Shown here piece by piece: positions 62,062 to 64,000 of a stretch of DNA of 64,000 nt (position 1 is its first letter; the number at the start of each line of letters is the position of its first letter). The notes below the pieces were generated by a model. That model made no database searches and was not told the origin of the DNA. It saw nothing but the letters and a program-made list of their open reading frames with translations. A program made the translations under genes and the position numbers. Source of the stretch: Immundisolibacterales bacterium (GTDB taxonomy: Bacteria; Pseudomonadota; Gammaproteobacteria; HK1); NCBI GenBank assembly GCA_026712715.1, contig JAPOPW010000034.1, positions 31,720 to 95,719 on the forward strand. Direction: 5' to 3'.

Positions 62062-63753
62062 ATGGCCGCGACGAGCTCGGGCGGGGCAGCGCGCGACGAC
62101 TGGCGCGTCATGTTGACGCAGGAGCGGATCGATTCCGCCACCGCGGCCGGCCACTGGCCGGACCGCACCGCCGGCGACTATCTCGACGCGGGGCTGGACA
62201 GCCATCCGGACAAGGTCTTCCTCACCGGCTATCGCACCGAGACCGGGACCCGCCAAACCTTCTCCTATCGCGACATCGACCGGATCTCGCGGCGGATCGG
62301 CGCAGGACTCGCAGCCCACGGCATCGGCAAGGGAGACGTGGTCGCGTTCCAGCTCCCCAACTGGTGGGAGTTCGCGGCCCTGCACCTCGCGTGCGTGCGG
62401 ATCGGCGCGATCTCGAATCCCCTGATGCCCATCTTCCGGGCCCGCGAGCTCGAGTTCATGCTGTCGTTCGCCGAGCCCCGCGCCCTCGTCATCCCCCGCG
62501 TCTTCCGCGGGTTCGAGTACGAGCCGATGATCGACGGGCTGCGCGGGAGGCTTCCGGATCTCGCGCACGTCTTCGTTCTCGGAGGCGAAGGCGAGAACGG
62601 GTTCGAATCCACCTTGATCGAGCGGCGCTGGGAGGACGAGGTCGATACCCGGGCGCTGTTCGACGAGCGGCGGGTCGATCCCAACGAGGTGATCGAGATC
62701 TGCTACACGTCCGGCACCACCGGACAGCCGAAGGGGGTGATGCACACCAGCAACACCCTCGCCGCCTGCGTGGGCATCGGCCCCGCCCGCCTCGGACTCG
62801 GGTCGGACACCGTCGTTCTCATGGCCTCGCCGCTCGCTCACCAGACCGGCTATCTCTACGGACTCCTGTTGCCGATCCGGCTCGGCGCGCGGACCGTGCT
62901 GCAGGACGTCTGGGACCCGACCACGGCGGCCCGCATCATCCACGACGAGCAGGTCACGTTCACCATGGGCGCGACCCCGTTCCTCGCCGATCTCGCCCAC
63001 GCGGACGCGCTCGAACGCTATCCGACCGAGTCGCTCGAGGTGTTCATCACCGCCGGCGCTCCGGTTCCCCGGGTGCTGGTGCAGACCGCGACGCAGCGCC
63101 TGGGGACGAACGTCGTCGCGGGCTGGGGGATGACCGAGAACGGCCTCGTCACCTGCACGCTCGCCGGGGACCCGCCGGAGAAGGTCTTCGGGTCCGACGG
63201 CGGGTCATGGGACGGGATGGAGGTGCGGGTCGTGGACGCGGCACGAAAGCCGGCGCCGCCGGGGGTGTCCGGCGATCTCCAGGCGCGGGGCGCAGCCAAC
63301 TTCGTCGGCTATCTCAAGCGGCCGGAAGCCTTCGCGACGGACGACGACGGGTGGTTCGACACCGGCGACATCGCCTCGATGGACGAGAGCGGCTACATCC
63401 GCATCACCAGCCGTGCGAAGGACATCATCATCCGCGGCGGCGAGAACGTCCCCGTCGTCGAGGTGGAGGAGCTCCTCTACCGGCACGACGCGGTGAGCGA
63501 TGCGTCCATCGTCGCGATGCCCGACCCCCGAATGGGAGAGCGCGGCTGCCTGTTCGTCACCTTGCGCCCGGGTGGATCGCTCGACTTCGCGTCGATGCAG
63601 CGTTACCTCGAGGAGAAGCAGCTCGCCAAGCAGTACTGGCCGGAGCGGCTCGAGATCATCGACGAGATGCCGCGTACCCCGAGCGGCAAGATCCAGAAGT
63701 TCAAGCTGCGCGAGATCGCCTCCGGGCTCGAACCGGACGAAGCGCGGGCGTAG
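62062..63753 (+). CDS. AMP-dependent acyl-CoA synthetase/ligase (cyclohexanecarboxylate/medium-chain type)
   Basis: This lies in track ORF 62023..63753, starting at ATG 62062, preceded by GGGAGAG. It has the AMP-binding motif I YTSGTTGQPKGV, then GWGMTE, FDTGDIA and PRTPSGKIQKFKLR. Confidence 0.85.
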   Translation: MAATSSGGAARDDWRVMLTQERIDSATAAGHWPDRTAGDYLDAGLDSHPDKVFLTGYRTETGTRQTFSYRDIDRISRRIGAGLAAHGIGKGDVVAFQLPNWWEFAALHLACVRIGAISNPLMPIFRARELEFMLSFAEPRALVIPRVFRGFEYEPMIDGLRGRLPDLAHVFVLGGEGENGFESTLIERRWEDEVDTRALFDERRVDPNEVIEICYTSGTTGQPKGVMHTSNTLAACVGIGPARLGLGSDTVVLMASPLAHQTGYLYGLLLPIRLGARTVLQDVWDPTTAARIIHDEQVTFTMGATPFLADLAHADALERYPTESLEVFITAGAPVPRVLVQTATQRLGTNVVAGWGMTENGLVTCTLAGDPPEKVFGSDGGSWDGMEVRVVDAARKPAPPGVSGDLQARGAANFVGYLKRPEAFATDDDGWFDTGDIASMDESGYIRITSRAKDIIIRGGENVPVVEVEELLYRHDAVSDASIVAMPDPRMGERGCLFVTLRPGGSLDFASMQRYLEEKQLAKQYWPERLEIIDEMPRTPSGKIQKFKLREIASGLEPDEARA

Positions 63754-63868
63754 GCCCGAGCCCGAGCCCGGCCCCCGTCCCCCGGCCGACCCTCGGGCGA
63801 CCGCGGGGGCGGCTGGCGCGGGGAACCGCGGATGCGGCCGCCTCCGTCCGAGAGCGGCCCGGCCGGGC

Positions 63869-64000
63869 TCACCAGGCCGTCGCGTAGCCTTCGAAGGTGG
63901 CCGGCAGGCGGCGGATGTCCTGGATGAGGTCTGGCGGAAGGGCGGGCCGCATGTCCATCGACAGGCTGGCATAGACGGTGTCCGCCGCGCCGCCGAAGCG
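63869..64000 (-). CDS. 3' end of an unidentified gene (start beyond window)
   Basis: My translation of the minus strand, in frame with the window edge, is RFGGAADTVYASLSMDMRPALPPDLIQDIRRLPATFEGYATAW*. It has good GC3 bias. It is in a different frame from track ORF 63205..63972, which looks artefactual. Confidence 0.4.
   Translation of the reverse strand, partial: RFGGAADTVYASLSMDMRPALPPDLIQDIRRLPATFEGYATAW

Noticed and set aside
63205-63972. A 255-aa minus-strand ORF at the right edge.
   Set aside because: Its composition is low-complexity and largely antisense to the acyl-CoA ligase gene. A different frame gives a clean protein-like C-terminus ending at 63869, which I report instead.

Overview
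The window is a very GC-rich bacterial chromosomal segment: third codon positions are almost all G/C, so the ORF track is full of long antisense artefacts. The gene content (PhaR/PhaC/phasin, GshB, MetA) looks alphaproteobacterial, but that is inference only. I can support about 55 genes.

The left ~35 kb is mostly housekeeping and catabolic genes:
- metA (5' partial), a class V aminotransferase, an NtaA-type flavin monooxygenase and a trans-sulfuration PLP enzyme.
- An IlvD-family dehydratase, phaC-phaP/phaR, gshB, a NUDIX hydrolase and an enoyl-CoA hydratase.
- MFS and EamA transporters.

This part is punctuated by accessory elements:
- A lone tyrosine integrase.
- Phd/YefM-PIN toxin-antitoxin pairs. 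One is inserted with a ~60-bp direct repeat that duplicates the 5' end of its neighbour gene.
- A 2058-aa tandem-duplicated UvrA-like protein, translationally coupled to a dehydrogenase and an MFS exporter.

From ~35.5 to ~59.6 kb there is what looks like an accessory island.
- Its left edge carries ABC-transporter gene debris and a glutaredoxin-like/DinB fusion whose CxxC position holds an in-frame TGA (candidate selenocysteine, or a nonsense mutation).
- It then holds four paralogous caspase-like (C14) / peptidoglycan-binding / FGE-domain mosaic proteins, three with signal peptides and one an N-terminally truncated copy.
- These are interleaved with a DUF4384 protein, an S8 protease operon (with a stand-alone propeptide-like lipoprotein and an OmpA-like protein), a lytic transglycosylase, and an uncharacterised 3-gene operon ending in a membrane protein with a Lon-like N-terminal domain.
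- A third TA pair sits at the right edge.

This envelope-protease cluster is the most interesting candidate for an undescribed system.

I saw no rRNA, bona fide tRNA, CRISPR array or transposase. All family calls come from motif recognition by eye. Start codons were chosen from RBS context and may be off. No database search was possible.
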